Below are positions 8,087 through 16,930 of a DNA stretch of 64,000 bases, piece after piece (position 1 is the first letter of the stretch; each line of letters begins with the position of its first letter). The notes beneath the pieces are model-generated. The model did no database searches. It saw only the letters and a program-made list of their open reading frames with translations, and was not told the DNA's origin. The translations under genes were made by a program, and so were the position numbers. This DNA is from an uncultured virus (IMG/VR IMGVR_UViG_3300042276_000285) (taxonomy: Duplodnaviria; Heunggongvirae; Uroviricota; Caudoviricetes), in the IMG/VR virus record IMGVR_UViG_3300042276_000285. One strand, 5' to 3'.

Positions 8087-8216
8087 GCCTAACAATGTAT
8101 AAAAATAATAGGCGGTTACGTGCGTGTAGGTAGTTTATAATCATTTAATTAATTGTATTCTGTTTGCGAAGTTCAGCGTTTCAAATCGCCTACTATTCTT
8201 ATACTCACCGTTACCG
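8087..8216 (+). repeat. attC-like site 15 (130 bp, related to site 8)
   Basis: GTATAAAAATAATAGGCG / CGCCTACTATTCTTATAC arms. Confidence 0.85.
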
Positions 8217-8286
8217 TGCATGCTAAATTTTAATTTAGTGCCGTGCTTAATCAGAAAGTGTTTAACCTTTAAGAAAAAGCACGACA

Positions 8287-8635
8287 CGGTAACAATGTGT
8301 AACTACAAAATGCTCGTAGCTCGTAAAACCATTTAGCCATCACACAACTCTGTTACCAGTAAGTCTTATCTTACCATCATCTTTTGGCTGTGTTTCCATT
8401 ACAATAAATTCACTTCCGTCTGAATTGTGTCTGTGCAATATTACAATTGCATCTAATTCAACTTTCCCATAAACAGAATCACCATAGTCTATGGTAACTT
8501 TTCTTGTTTTTGTTTTTCTTGTAGGCATATTTATTTATTTAGTTGCCCTCCGCGCTGTACTTTGGGCTGTTAATTCTCGTATCAAAGTCGCTGCAAATTT
8601 GAAGCAGCATTCAGTAGTTACACCAACCGTTAACG
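8287..8635 (+). repeat. attC-like site 16
   Basis: GTGTAACTACAAAATGCT / AGCATTCAGTAGTTACAC arms. Confidence 0.85.
8340..8528 (-). CDS. Small hypothetical protein in attC16 loop
   Basis: 62-aa ORF flanked by CCATCACAC / CCTCCGCGC. Confidence 0.6.
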   Translation of the reverse strand: MPTRKTKTRKVTIDYGDSVYGKVELDAIVILHRHNSDGSEFIVMETQPKDDGKIRLTGNRVV

Positions 8636-8977
8636 CACATGCTGAGAATCGTATTCATCAGCAGCTTTGCGTAATTCGTTATATTCTATAACAGGTACAG
8701 TAAACTTTTTGAAACGGTGTGCAATCTTTGAACCATCTACATATTCAGCAAGGTTTCCGCAGCTTTCAACAAAAGCACGTGCGTTAACACAAGCTAAATG
8801 CAAACCGCCTTCGGTATCTGAATCGGGCTTGCCAACGCTCGCAATAAATTTGGCTGTTAACTCTTTATTTCTGTAAAGAAATTCAGTTATAACTTGTGAG
8901 TTAGTCGTGTCATTGTTAACCTTCCAATCGGTTTTTTTATCAATGAAGGTTAGTAGTTCATTTAAAAATTTTTCCAT
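8630..8977 (-). CDS. Hypothetical fusion protein
   Basis: Junction peptide GGLHLACVNARA. Confidence 0.7.
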   Translation of the reverse strand: MEKFLNELLTFIDKKTDWKVNNDTTNSQVITEFLYRNKELTAKFIASVGKPDSDTEGGLHLACVNARAFVESCGNLAEYVDGSKIAHRFKKFTVPVIEYNELRKAADEYDSQHVR

Positions 8978-9061
8978 CGCTTCGGTATTTTAAAGTTATT
9001 TGTTATCTGATAATTCATCGGTTATTCAAAAGGCGGTCAGCACTTAGCTAAACCGTTAGCA
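8782..9061 (+). repeat. attC-like site 17 (family of site 7)
   Basis: AGCTAAATGCAAACCGCCTT / AAGGCGGTCAGCACTTAGCT arms. Confidence 0.85.
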
Positions 9062-9113
9062 ACAATGCCTTTAAATAATTGCCAACACTCAAAAGCCTTA
9101 CACAAGGCACAGT

Positions 9114-9537
9114 TGCTAACACGTTGTATAAAACATGCTTGCGGTAGTGCCTCGTGCTAGCTTCGGTGCTTAATTGGAGCAAAATAATAATGCCCCACGC
9201 ACAACAACTACTTTTTAATTTCAGGCCAACTCCACTCGCGCTCTCCTGTACCCAAAACAGCAGAAGTTACCCAAAGGTTTTCTTCTCCATCAAGTAGTAC
9301 TTTAAGGTTTACGCACTCGTCACCCCACACAGCAGTAATAACCGCAGGTGCATCTTCTTGGTAATTGTTCATCTTGTCCTTTTGCTCTTCATCACAATGA
9401 TAAATCACAATTCTACCTATTGTTGGTGTCATAACTAAATATGGGTTTTACAAAGCCCGCCCAGGGCATTATTATTTTTTCTCTCGTGTGAAGGTCAGTG
9501 CAAATTTGCCGTACTTGCCATATTGCCACCGTTAGCT
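9114..9537 (+). repeat. attC-like site 18 with non-matching (hybrid) outer arms
   Basis: Both boxes present; inner IR AAAATAATAATGCC / GGCATTATTATTTT; outer arms do not pair. Confidence 0.6.
9208..9432 (-). CDS. Small phage protein (MTPTIGRIVIY...WSWP)
   Basis: PTIGRIV / PAVIT / VNLKV / W-WP pattern typical of a common small phage protein. Confidence 0.75.
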   Translation of the reverse strand: MTPTIGRIVIYHCDEEQKDKMNNYQEDAPAVITAVWGDECVNLKVLLDGEENLWVTSAVLGTGEREWSWPEIKK

Positions 9538-10288
9538 ACAAAGCCAACAACTGTTCGTACTTTTTTAAACATTTACGGCAAATTAAGCGTGTGTCTATTT
9601 TTGTCGGTTGCTTATCCAACGCACGAAATGGAATATTGCCGTCAGGGTGTGTATATTTTGAATCATCTTTTGTTTTATCATAGGTTGGTAAGCCAGAAAG
9701 CGATAATGTATTATAGCCACCATTTTTTACTGAATATCCTGTCGTTTTATGATCTGGTTCGCAAAGAACTTTTCCATCAACGGCAATATGACGTTTTTTA
9801 GTAGCCCAACACAAAGCAACCTTGCGTTCTGCGTTTGGCTCAGTAGCTAACACATTACATAGGTCATTTGCTTTGCTATTCGGATGTTTGGTACTTTTAT
9901 TCATCGTATCTGTTTTTTGAAGTTTTGTAAATTTATTCAGGGGCAAACGCCCCATGTAATCGGCACGGTACCATTCATTCGCCCCACCGCACATCGTAAT
10001 ATCATTGTAACCACCAATTCCAACAACTTTTGCATCATCCCAATTACTTATCCCGTATTTAAACTCTCGCATTTCTGTGTAGGGTTTTCCTTTAAATCTA
10101 ACATCGGGCTTTGGCATCTTATCAAACATGAAGAAACCATCACAGCAATGCAACTGTTTTTCGCTGTAATAAAATACGTGCGTAGCCCTATTCTTTCTAA
10201 ATGGGTTACTCATAAACGCCCAACACTGCAACGAAATGGTAACAATGTGTAGGCGTAATGCCTTCGTTTTTTTAATTAAAGTTTTCAT
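9536..10288 (-). CDS. Read-through fusion of two cassettes
   Basis: Spans attC20, body 20, attC19 and body 19; core mutation at 9968 removes the internal TAA. Confidence 0.55.
   Translation of the reverse strand: MKTLIKKTKALRLHIVTISLQCWAFMSNPFRKNRATHVFYYSEKQLHCCDGFFMFDKMPKPDVRFKGKPYTEMREFKYGISNWDDAKVVGIGGYNDITMCGGANEWYRADYMGRLPLNKFTKLQKTDTMNKSTKHPNSKANDLCNVLATEPNAERKVALCWATKKRHIAVDGKVLCEPDHKTTGYSVKNGGYNTLSLSGLPTYDKTKDDSKYTHPDGNIPFRALDKQPTKIDTRLICRKCLKKYEQLLAL
9845..9973 (+). repeat. attC-like site 19 with mutated core (GGT)
   Basis: ATTACATAGGTCATTTGC / GCAAACGCCCCATGTAAT arms; GGTACCATT where GTTACCATT is expected. Confidence 0.8.
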
Positions 10289-10354
10289 ATACTTTTAGTT
10301 TTTAAGTTTTAAAACGAGTCAGTGGTGGCACTCCGCCTACACCAACCGTTATAG
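10237..10354 (+). repeat. attC-like site 20 (118 bp)
   Basis: GTGTAGGCGTAATGCC / GGCACTCCGCCTACAC arms. Confidence 0.85.
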
Positions 10355-10372
10355 TGCATTTCCATCCGCACT

Positions 10373-10537
10373 CTAAATCTGTTTATAAAATTCAATTTCT
10401 TTTCTTGTCATAGGTACTACTTGGTAACCATAACCTTGTTCTGCTTTCCAGTTAAAACATTCTTCGTATGTACCTGCATATACCTCATTACCCTCATCTT
10501 CATGGTAAACTAAATCAATTACTTTATGTGTTTTCAT
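10373..10537 (-). CDS. Small hypothetical cassette protein (MKTHKVID...)
   Basis: ORF in body 10348-10578. Confidence 0.6.
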   Translation of the reverse strand: MKTHKVIDLVYHEDEGNEVYAGTYEECFNWKAEQGYGYQVVPMTRKEIEFYKQI

Positions 10538-10630
10538 TTTATAATTTGTTATGCCTACCCGCAAAAACGCACTATAACAAGCGGTCATAAAAAATTGCGG
10601 GGTTAGCGGTTAACATTTAAACTTCTACAC

Positions 10631-11020
10631 TTATTCGCATTCATACGTGTTAACGTTTTTTTCAATTTTAAGCATTTCTCTATAATGCAGATCCACATCA
10701 ATGTCCTTTAATCTATTCATGTATCCACCCCACCACCACAGGTTTTTTAAAAAAGAAATTGGCTTGTTGTGGTAACCTTCGTCACCTGTGTGATATTTGT
10801 CTATACACGGAAATATGAACCTCTTATCACAGATCAACTCTCCGTCCCTTCCTTTCAGGTGGTGAAAAGAAACATCTTTCCACGTTACGTGATCCGGTAT
10901 AGGCAGGCCAGAAAACACGCACACCCATTTTCCGGCTTCTTTCAATTCTTTTTCTTTTTCTTGCTTTGCCCTGTTGTAGGCGCGTATTTCAACCTTTCTC
11001 TTTTCTGATATCTTTTTCAT
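10631..11020 (-). CDS. Putative HNH-like nuclease domain protein
   Basis: CVFSG...FHH...C..YH....YH spacing resembles HNH/Ref-like folds. Confidence 0.45.
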   Translation of the reverse strand: MKKISEKRKVEIRAYNRAKQEKEKELKEAGKWVCVFSGLPIPDHVTWKDVSFHHLKGRDGELICDKRFIFPCIDKYHTGDEGYHNKPISFLKNLWWWGGYMNRLKDIDVDLHYREMLKIEKNVNTYECE

Positions 11021-11152
11021 TTAATTTAGCTATTGATCTTACCAATACGACTGTCATAAACACAATCGCCAATATTCCAAAAATCCACCCTAATATCGTG
11101 TGGTGAAACAACCTTGCAATCGCCACGCACACAAACGAGTAAAATATTCCTT

Positions 11153-11347
11153 TCATTCTCTTTCTCCTATGTCTCTTAGTATTTCGTTGTATGTTCTCTT
11201 TCTATGCGTAAAGCCACACGCCGGACAAACATAAAAGTCGTGACACTTGTCCCACCTGTTTTTACGTCTTTTTGCCCTTACTAGGGTCATTTCCGTGTTA
11301 CACACGTTGCAAACGCTTTCGTCTCTTTGTGCTTCTTCTATGTTCAT
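11153..11347 (-). CDS. Zn-ribbon protein
   Basis: CNVC ... CPACG. Confidence 0.6.
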   Translation of the reverse strand: MNIEEAQRDESVCNVCNTEMTLVRAKRRKNRWDKCHDFYVCPACGFTHRKRTYNEILRDIGERE

Positions 11348-11500
11348 ATTAATTTTATTTTACGAAAACACAAACTCACTTCCGTAGTAAGTATGACTCC
11401 TTTTATACCCATGTGAGCGATTTTGAATGCGTTTTAAGACACTTTCCTCGTCCCGGGGCGTCATAAATATACCAGCCGCACATATCTGCGTTTATCCTCA

Positions 11501-11683
11501 TCATGGCTGTAATTCAGAAAGTACATTTAAACAAATCTCGCTGACGGGTGTAAATATTTCGTCGTTGGATTCTTCTTTAATAAGCTCCCACACGCGATCT
11601 ACTCCGTAGCCAATGACTACGTCAGTCAGTCCGTTTTCTTCGGCCATGCGCCAAATGCTTTGTTTTACTTTTTCCGGTGTCAT
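11501..11683 (-). CDS. Hypothetical protein
   Basis: ATG overlaps stop of upstream ORF. Confidence 0.55.
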   Translation of the reverse strand: MTPEKVKQSIWRMAEENGLTDVVIGYGVDRVWELIKEESNDEIFTPVSEICLNVLSELQP

Positions 11684-11970
11684 TCTGTTGCTTTTTGAAT
11701 TGCTTCTTCATGTCTCTCAATATCCTTACGATATAAATTTTTTATATCCATATCCAATTGAGATATTGACAGTAGTTTTTGAATTGATACAACGGCGTTT
11801 TTGAGTTCATTTAGCAATTCAGGAGCAGCAGCCATAACCTTTGAATTTGCTTCCATTTCTTTTTCGTCCCTATCGTAATAGGGAATTATTGCAAGGGTCT
11901 TGCCTGTTTCCATTGAAATTACATTGCCGTCTTTTGCATACCATTCTCCGGGTGTACATTGTGTTTTCAT
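11680..11970 (-). CDS. Phage protein with TPGxW / AAAPELL motifs
   Basis: TPGEW ... EANSKVMAAAPELL, a common phage early-protein pattern. Confidence 0.75.
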   Translation of the reverse strand: MKTQCTPGEWYAKDGNVISMETGKTLAIIPYYDRDEKEMEANSKVMAAAPELLNELKNAVVSIQKLLSISQLDMDIKNLYRKDIERHEEAIQKATE

Positions 11971-12523
11971 AATTAATAACATTTAAAATTTCCTAACTTA
12001 AAATTGTCTTTTGATACTTTTATTTTTTTTACCCCGTATCTAACAGGGCTTTTTCCGTCTGCCTTTGTTGGCAAGTCCCAGACGGGAGGGAATTCAATTT
12101 TTTCTTTCATTGTTCTTAGTTTAAATGATAATTATTACAACAATTGACAGTTTCAAGAAAATTTAAAACCTGTGACTCCAACAAAGTAACAAACTGTTCA
12201 GCATATTGACTTTTTCTGTCTATTGCTTTTGCAACAATTTCAACCTTGTTTTGATATGCGTCTGGCATATTGGAAGAAAAAACCAACAACGCAACTATCT
12301 TAAATCTTAATTCGATCTTGTCTTTCATAAAATGCAAATTTAATTAATAAATGTTTTGCGTGCAACATGTTATACAACATATTACCGCACTTCCTTAAAG
12401 TATTTCACACCGGAAAGCACCGCAGCGCCCCCGATTAACACTAGTCCTTCTTTGAACCAGATGAGATCAATTATAAACAACATCAAAAACGATATTGTAA
12501 ACGCCAAATACAAAACTTCTCTT

Positions 12524-12781
12524 TTAATCATGGAATCCAAAATATAAAGTTAATTCACAAAACTCGTCGTAACACGGATCGACAAACAGTTCACGTGGGG
12601 CGATTTTGAGCGTATTTAAGAACGTTTTAACCTGCTCCTTATGTTCCGTGTTCCAATCTGCAAAAAGCTCCTTATTTAGCTTTATTTCTTCTCGTATGGC
12701 CTTAGCCATGTCGCCGTTTGTCATTGCAGTATACACCGGAACAACAACGGACTTGTCTTTTTCTTGTGTTAGTCCAAACAT
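12524..12781 (-). CDS. Hypothetical protein
   Basis: 85-aa ORF in minus-strand operon. Confidence 0.55.
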   Translation of the reverse strand: MFGLTQEKDKSVVVPVYTAMTNGDMAKAIREEIKLNKELFADWNTEHKEQVKTFLNTLKIAPRELFVDPCYDEFCELTLYFGFHD

Positions 12782-12810
12782 TTCCTATATTTTAAATGTT
12801 ATTTCTTGCA

Positions 12811-13368
12811 TCAGATATACATTGCGCCATTTACCCGAACGTCTTTTATTTGTTCGATTATCTTATTAATTTGTTCAGGGTCTTTATCAGGAGCAAGTCC
12901 GTAAACCATTCCTTCAGGTTTAAAAGTACCTGTTTTTTCGTCTGGTTTATTTGTAGCCTCTCTGGATTCGTAAATAATTTCATTAAGTCTTTTCTCTGGC
13001 ATTCTATGCCCGTTTAAATAAATACCACGTTCTGCAATATGTGTGTAATCATAATTTACATAATAGGGAAGTTCATCGTAGTTATCATTTTTTACAGCCC
13101 ATTTCCATGCATTTTCTGGAACGTCGATATAATAAATCATTAACCACACAAAGAAAATATCCCCTTTATGCGTAGAACAATATTTATTATACCAGGCATG
13201 TTCCGAAAAATCGGAAGTATCAAAGTTTTTTAATGTGGCTGAGTTGTACAAGTTAACTTGTTCTTTTCTGTTGTCGCTCCATTCGGTCATTCTCTCATCG
13301 TATGGAGGAAAACAACCGCCGTCGCAATGCAATGAACCTTCGTATTTGTATAAACGTATCGTTTTCAT
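12811..13368 (-). CDS. Hypothetical protein
   Basis: 185-aa ORF, A-rich leader. Confidence 0.75.
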   Translation of the reverse strand: MKTIRLYKYEGSLHCDGGCFPPYDERMTEWSDNRKEQVNLYNSATLKNFDTSDFSEHAWYNKYCSTHKGDIFFVWLMIYYIDVPENAWKWAVKNDNYDELPYYVNYDYTHIAERGIYLNGHRMPEKRLNEIIYESREATNKPDEKTGTFKPEGMVYGLAPDKDPEQINKIIEQIKDVRVNGAMYI

Positions 13369-13470
13369 TTTTTTTATATTTTAAAAGTTATTTGTTTTTT
13401 CGTACTGTTTGGCGTGAGCCGGAAAGCATCCGGCTCAATTCGCCCCAGTTGATTAAATCTTGTGCGCTCA

Positions 13471-13764
13471 TTAGTTGTTGAATTGTTCGTAATACTCAAT
13501 TCTTTCTTCGATGTCTTCATCAGTGAATGGTGTATTCAAATCTTCATTCAACCATTCAACATATTCGTCTCCACAATCATCAGTTTGTACTTCGTGATTT
13601 GCATCAACGTAATCTTCAAAATCTCCACTTCTTTCAACTAACACTGCAAAGCTGCTGTTATCGGCTCTGTCGTTATCTTCCATAAGGCAGATTTCAGTAT
13701 CTGAATATACTCTTACTGTGAAGTTTGTGCCTTTTACCGAGTTTAAAATTTCTGTTGCTTTCAT
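13471..13764 (-). CDS. Acidic hypothetical protein (possible DNA mimic)
   Basis: 97 aa, very D/E-rich; A-rich leader. Confidence 0.7.
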   Translation of the reverse strand: MKATEILNSVKGTNFTVRVYSDTEICLMEDNDRADNSSFAVLVERSGDFEDYVDANHEVQTDDCGDEYVEWLNEDLNTPFTDEDIEERIEYYEQFNN

Positions 13765-13874
13765 TTTGTTGTTTTTTACTTTTTTTATTAATTTTGTTTT
13801 CGCTGAATTATTCAGCTTACATTGTGATAAGATGTAAACCCCGGATTGATTAGTTTATTTCCGGGGTTGTTTTT

Positions 13875-14126
13875 CTATCCTATTCCCATCTCTGCCGCAT
13901 GATCCCTGAATGAAGGAATGTTTGTTGTGATTACAAAATTACCTTGTCTTACTTCCCTTACTCCTTCACACGTTACATAAGAATGTGACCAATTGGATGG
14001 TGTCCAATCTTTTCTTTTGCAGTAGTTTTTTAAACTTTCCTCTTTCCAGAAACCATTTAAGGAAACGGATTTAATGTCATTTGGATAATCTTCATTTGTT
14101 TTTACAGTTAAGAATGTAGTTTTCAT
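13875..14126 (-). CDS. Hypothetical protein
   Basis: MKTTF start with A-rich leader. Confidence 0.65.
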   Translation of the reverse strand: MKTTFLTVKTNEDYPNDIKSVSLNGFWKEESLKNYCKRKDWTPSNWSHSYVTCEGVREVRQGNFVITTNIPSFRDHAAEMGIG

Positions 14127-14223
14127 AATTTTAGATTTTAAATTAAACATTAAATAAAATTTGTGGCTGCCCTGCTCCGGTCACAGGGTTGCGGATTCAG
14201 CCGATGTGTTAAAAATCGTAATT

Positions 14224-14502
14224 CTATTCAATGTGGTGAAGTTCTGACAAATCAGACAACAATTCCCATTCATCATCAACAGTATAGGGTGAATATTCAG
14301 CATAATAATACTTTTCGCCCTCAACAACAACATAATTTTCTTTGTTTTCTTCGAAATACGATTTGTTGTAGATGTCCAACAAGTCATTTTTTTTCATGTA
14401 TCGATCACAGTCAACCATAACATACTCACCTGTAAAGTGAGGAACTAAAATTTCATTGCCATTTTTGTAATAAGCGCCTTTAATAACTAATTTTGCTTTC
14501 AT
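14224..14502 (-). CDS. Hypothetical protein
   Basis: 92-aa ORF, A-rich leader. Confidence 0.7.
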   Translation of the reverse strand: MKAKLVIKGAYYKNGNEILVPHFTGEYVMVDCDRYMKKNDLLDIYNKSYFEENKENYVVVEGEKYYYAEYSPYTVDDEWELLSDLSELHHIE

Positions 14503-14592
14503 TGTTTTATTTTTTTTAAAATTAAAATTTTCGTTTGTTTACTGGCATTGCTGCCAGTGGTCACAATTTGCGGACTGCCAACCAGGAAAATA

Positions 14593-14886
14593 TTAAACAA
14601 CCATAAAATCAGCATATCTGTAAACTCCTTTTTCAATATCATTCACACATTCTTTAATGAATGATTCGATTCTTGTTTTAAAAAGGTCGTTTGCAATTTC
14701 GCTGAATTGTTTTCTAATTGAGGATGAAAGTTGTTCTTCAAACATTTCGCAAAGTTTTGCGTCAAGCATTCCAAATGCTAAAACTGCTTTCATTTCGTCG
14801 TTTGATGCATGAAGATCGCACAACCCTTTACTTAATTTGTCGGTATCAATTGATACTCTTCTGCTTGCAATTTCTAATGTTTTCAT
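14593..14886 (-). CDS. Hypothetical protein
   Basis: 97-aa ORF. Confidence 0.7.
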   Translation of the reverse strand: MKTLEIASRRVSIDTDKLSKGLCDLHASNDEMKAVLAFGMLDAKLCEMFEEQLSSSIRKQFSEIANDLFKTRIESFIKECVNDIEKGVYRYADFMVV

Positions 14887-14976
14887 TTGTAGTAAAATTT
14901 TAATTTTTAATAAGGTTTGTGGCTGCTCCGGTAAATTGAACCGAATAAAAAAGCCTATCTTTGCAGCCGCCGGAAA

Positions 14977-15168
14977 TTACAAGTTAATTGTTTCTTTTTT
15001 CACATCATCACTGTAATATCCAACTGAATTAGAACAGTAATAAATGATAATTTTTTCAACATCGAAACACATATTTTTTGCTCTATTCAAATAGCCTCTC
15101 ACCGTTTTTAAATCAGTTTGCAAAACAGAGGCGTTATTTTTACCTTTTTCATAAAATTCGCAATACAT
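14977..15168 (-). CDS. Hypothetical protein
   Basis: 63-aa ORF. Confidence 0.55.
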   Translation of the reverse strand: MYCEFYEKGKNNASVLQTDLKTVRGYLNRAKNMCFDVEKIIIYYCSNSVGYYSDDVKKETINL

Positions 15169-15171
15169 AGT

Positions 15172-15363
15172 TTATTTTTTTGAAGTTAAACAATCATTTT
15201 TTGATTCAGCTAAAACCCAAACTACGGTAACAACCGCAAAGAACAAACCAGCAACTAAAGCCAGTGTTTTTGAACCGGAAGACAAAAAACTATCTTCCGA
15301 GCAACCAATCCCGGCTAAACTTACAGCCGAAACAAAACTAATAAAGGAAATAATGTTTTTCAT
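15172..15363 (-). CDS. Small membrane protein
   Basis: Two hydrophobic segments. Confidence 0.6.
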   Translation of the reverse strand: MKNIISFISFVSAVSLAGIGCSEDSFLSSGSKTLALVAGLFFAVVTVVWVLAESKNDCLTSKK

Positions 15364-16607
15364 TGTGATAAGTATTTAAGATTAATATTTTAATTTAAAA
15401 ATTAACCGGAAAGATGTTTCTTGTTATTCTTACTTCGCTCGTGTTGTCAGGAAACAGCACAACCTGTTTCCGCGTTCTTTTATGCAATGTTTCATAAACA
15501 ATAGTTCTGCCTGTTCTGCCAGTGGAATAAATTGTAGTTTTCATTTTTTTTAAATTATTAAGTAAATATTTTGTGGCCTGTCAATGAATCGAACATTGAA
15601 TTATAACCATTCAGGCCGGACATGAAGTTTGACGAATAATCCTTTTATCCTGAACCGAAGTGATTTTCTTTATTCAATTGTGCACTGTTCCAAACTTTCA
15701 ATAGTCAAATATCTATCTTTTAAAATTAACTACCAAACTTTTTTATATGTTTTTTATATGTTTTACAACATGTTTCTGGTTTTTCCTGTGTGAAACCCTC
15801 TTTAAGGAAACACTAACACACAATAATAACAACAAATAACCCAATTAGCTCAAACACCCGTAAATATGATTTTATTTACATTTTGCTACAACGACACCAT
15901 CATAATAAAACACATAGACACAAAACACACACATAAAATAGCATATTGTTATATTATTATGGATTGTTGCGATAAATGAGGGTGAGTAAAGTAAAAACAA
16001 GGCAAAAACTTCTCTTTTCCATGCTTTTTACAGAAGGTTTTAAGGCTAACTTATTGATAAACAACAGCGGGAGACCGACGAGGAGCAAAAATATTTGTCC
16101 TATAATTGCTATTATGATCAATAGAAACGCAAAAATAAAGAGATCTGCAAAGAAAAGAAATCATTTGCAAGGGATATCTAACTAATTGTTATCACAGGCC
16201 ATTAGAGAGGTTTTAGCAGGGCCATTTGGCACTAACGCAACAAAACAATACAAATACCTAACGGAAACAGATCGCGCCTAATATACCGCCTCGATTTGTT
16301 CTACGCGGCACACGTGCAAAAACATGAACTTTCATTCATGCATTCATTTCTATTCAAATCGTTAATGAAATCGCTTTCTCTGGACTGACAGGAATAAACC
16401 GGAACTGCTTTTCTTTTCCTTTAAGTACTAATTTTATTCAAACACGACCCCCCGGCTTCGCAAATTCCGGTTTCGTTTGTTTTTTACACCACGTCGAATG
16501 TTACGCTGAGTCCACTGATCCAACAGTCTTCCCGGCAATGTTAAAATAGTTTGAGTTGTCTTTTGGTTCACATATTGCAGCCAAATATCTTTTTATGCAT
16601 CCCGTTT

Positions 16608-16775
16608 TCAATTCACGCAAATGTTCTCGGTTAGTCTCTCTATGTATTCACGGCGGTCAAATGAGTTGTGTACGACGATTATCTCACCGGATTCAAACAC
16701 GATTTTTGGTTTGCACTTACACGCAGTAGATTCTTCGTGTTCTTCTATGTCGTTAATGGGTAGTATGTGAATCAT
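16608..16775 (-). CDS. Small hypothetical protein (MIHILPINDIEEH...)
   Basis: 55 aa translated by hand; H..H..CxC..HN..D pattern. Confidence 0.55.
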   Translation of the reverse strand: MIHILPINDIEEHEESTACKCKPKIVFESGEIIVVHNSFDRREYIERLTENICVN

Positions 16776-16930
16776 TGTCTTGCACGCGATCGTTCCTAAA
16801 ATACTGCTTAAATTACGTCACACGGGCTATCTCAACCCGAATCTCAACACATACGCCACCACTTCAACGACGGCAATGACAACAACAACTGCTGCTATTA
16901 TCCACGGTTTATTTTCGTCAATCCACTTTT

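Larger units (their letters stand above)
1..10630 (+). mobile_element. Integron-like cassette array 1 (21 cassette bodies, 20 complete + 1 truncated attC-like sites; genes on minus strand)
   Basis: Strict alternation of bodies GTTRRRY...RYYYAAC with mutually complementary 8-18 bp ends, and imperfect inverted-repeat sites YAACA...CGTT. GTT cores at 20, 870, 1946, 2311, 3169, 3473, 4426, 4926, 5580, 5829, 6206, 6563, 7051, 7333, 7762, 8210, 8629, 9055, 9531, (9967 GGT), 10348. Confidence 0.9.

Noticed and set aside
1..10630. CRISPR array or simple tandem repeats
   Set aside because: Units are diverse inverted repeats with variable gene-sized spacing, not identical direct repeats; no cas genes.
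15573..15617. A true tRNA gene
   Set aside because: Only 45 nt; no D or anticodon arm.
15826..15848. TAACAACAAATAACCCAATTAG as a third attI-like site
   Set aside because: Only TAAC and CCAATTAG match in AT-rich DNA, and no cassette is adjacent.
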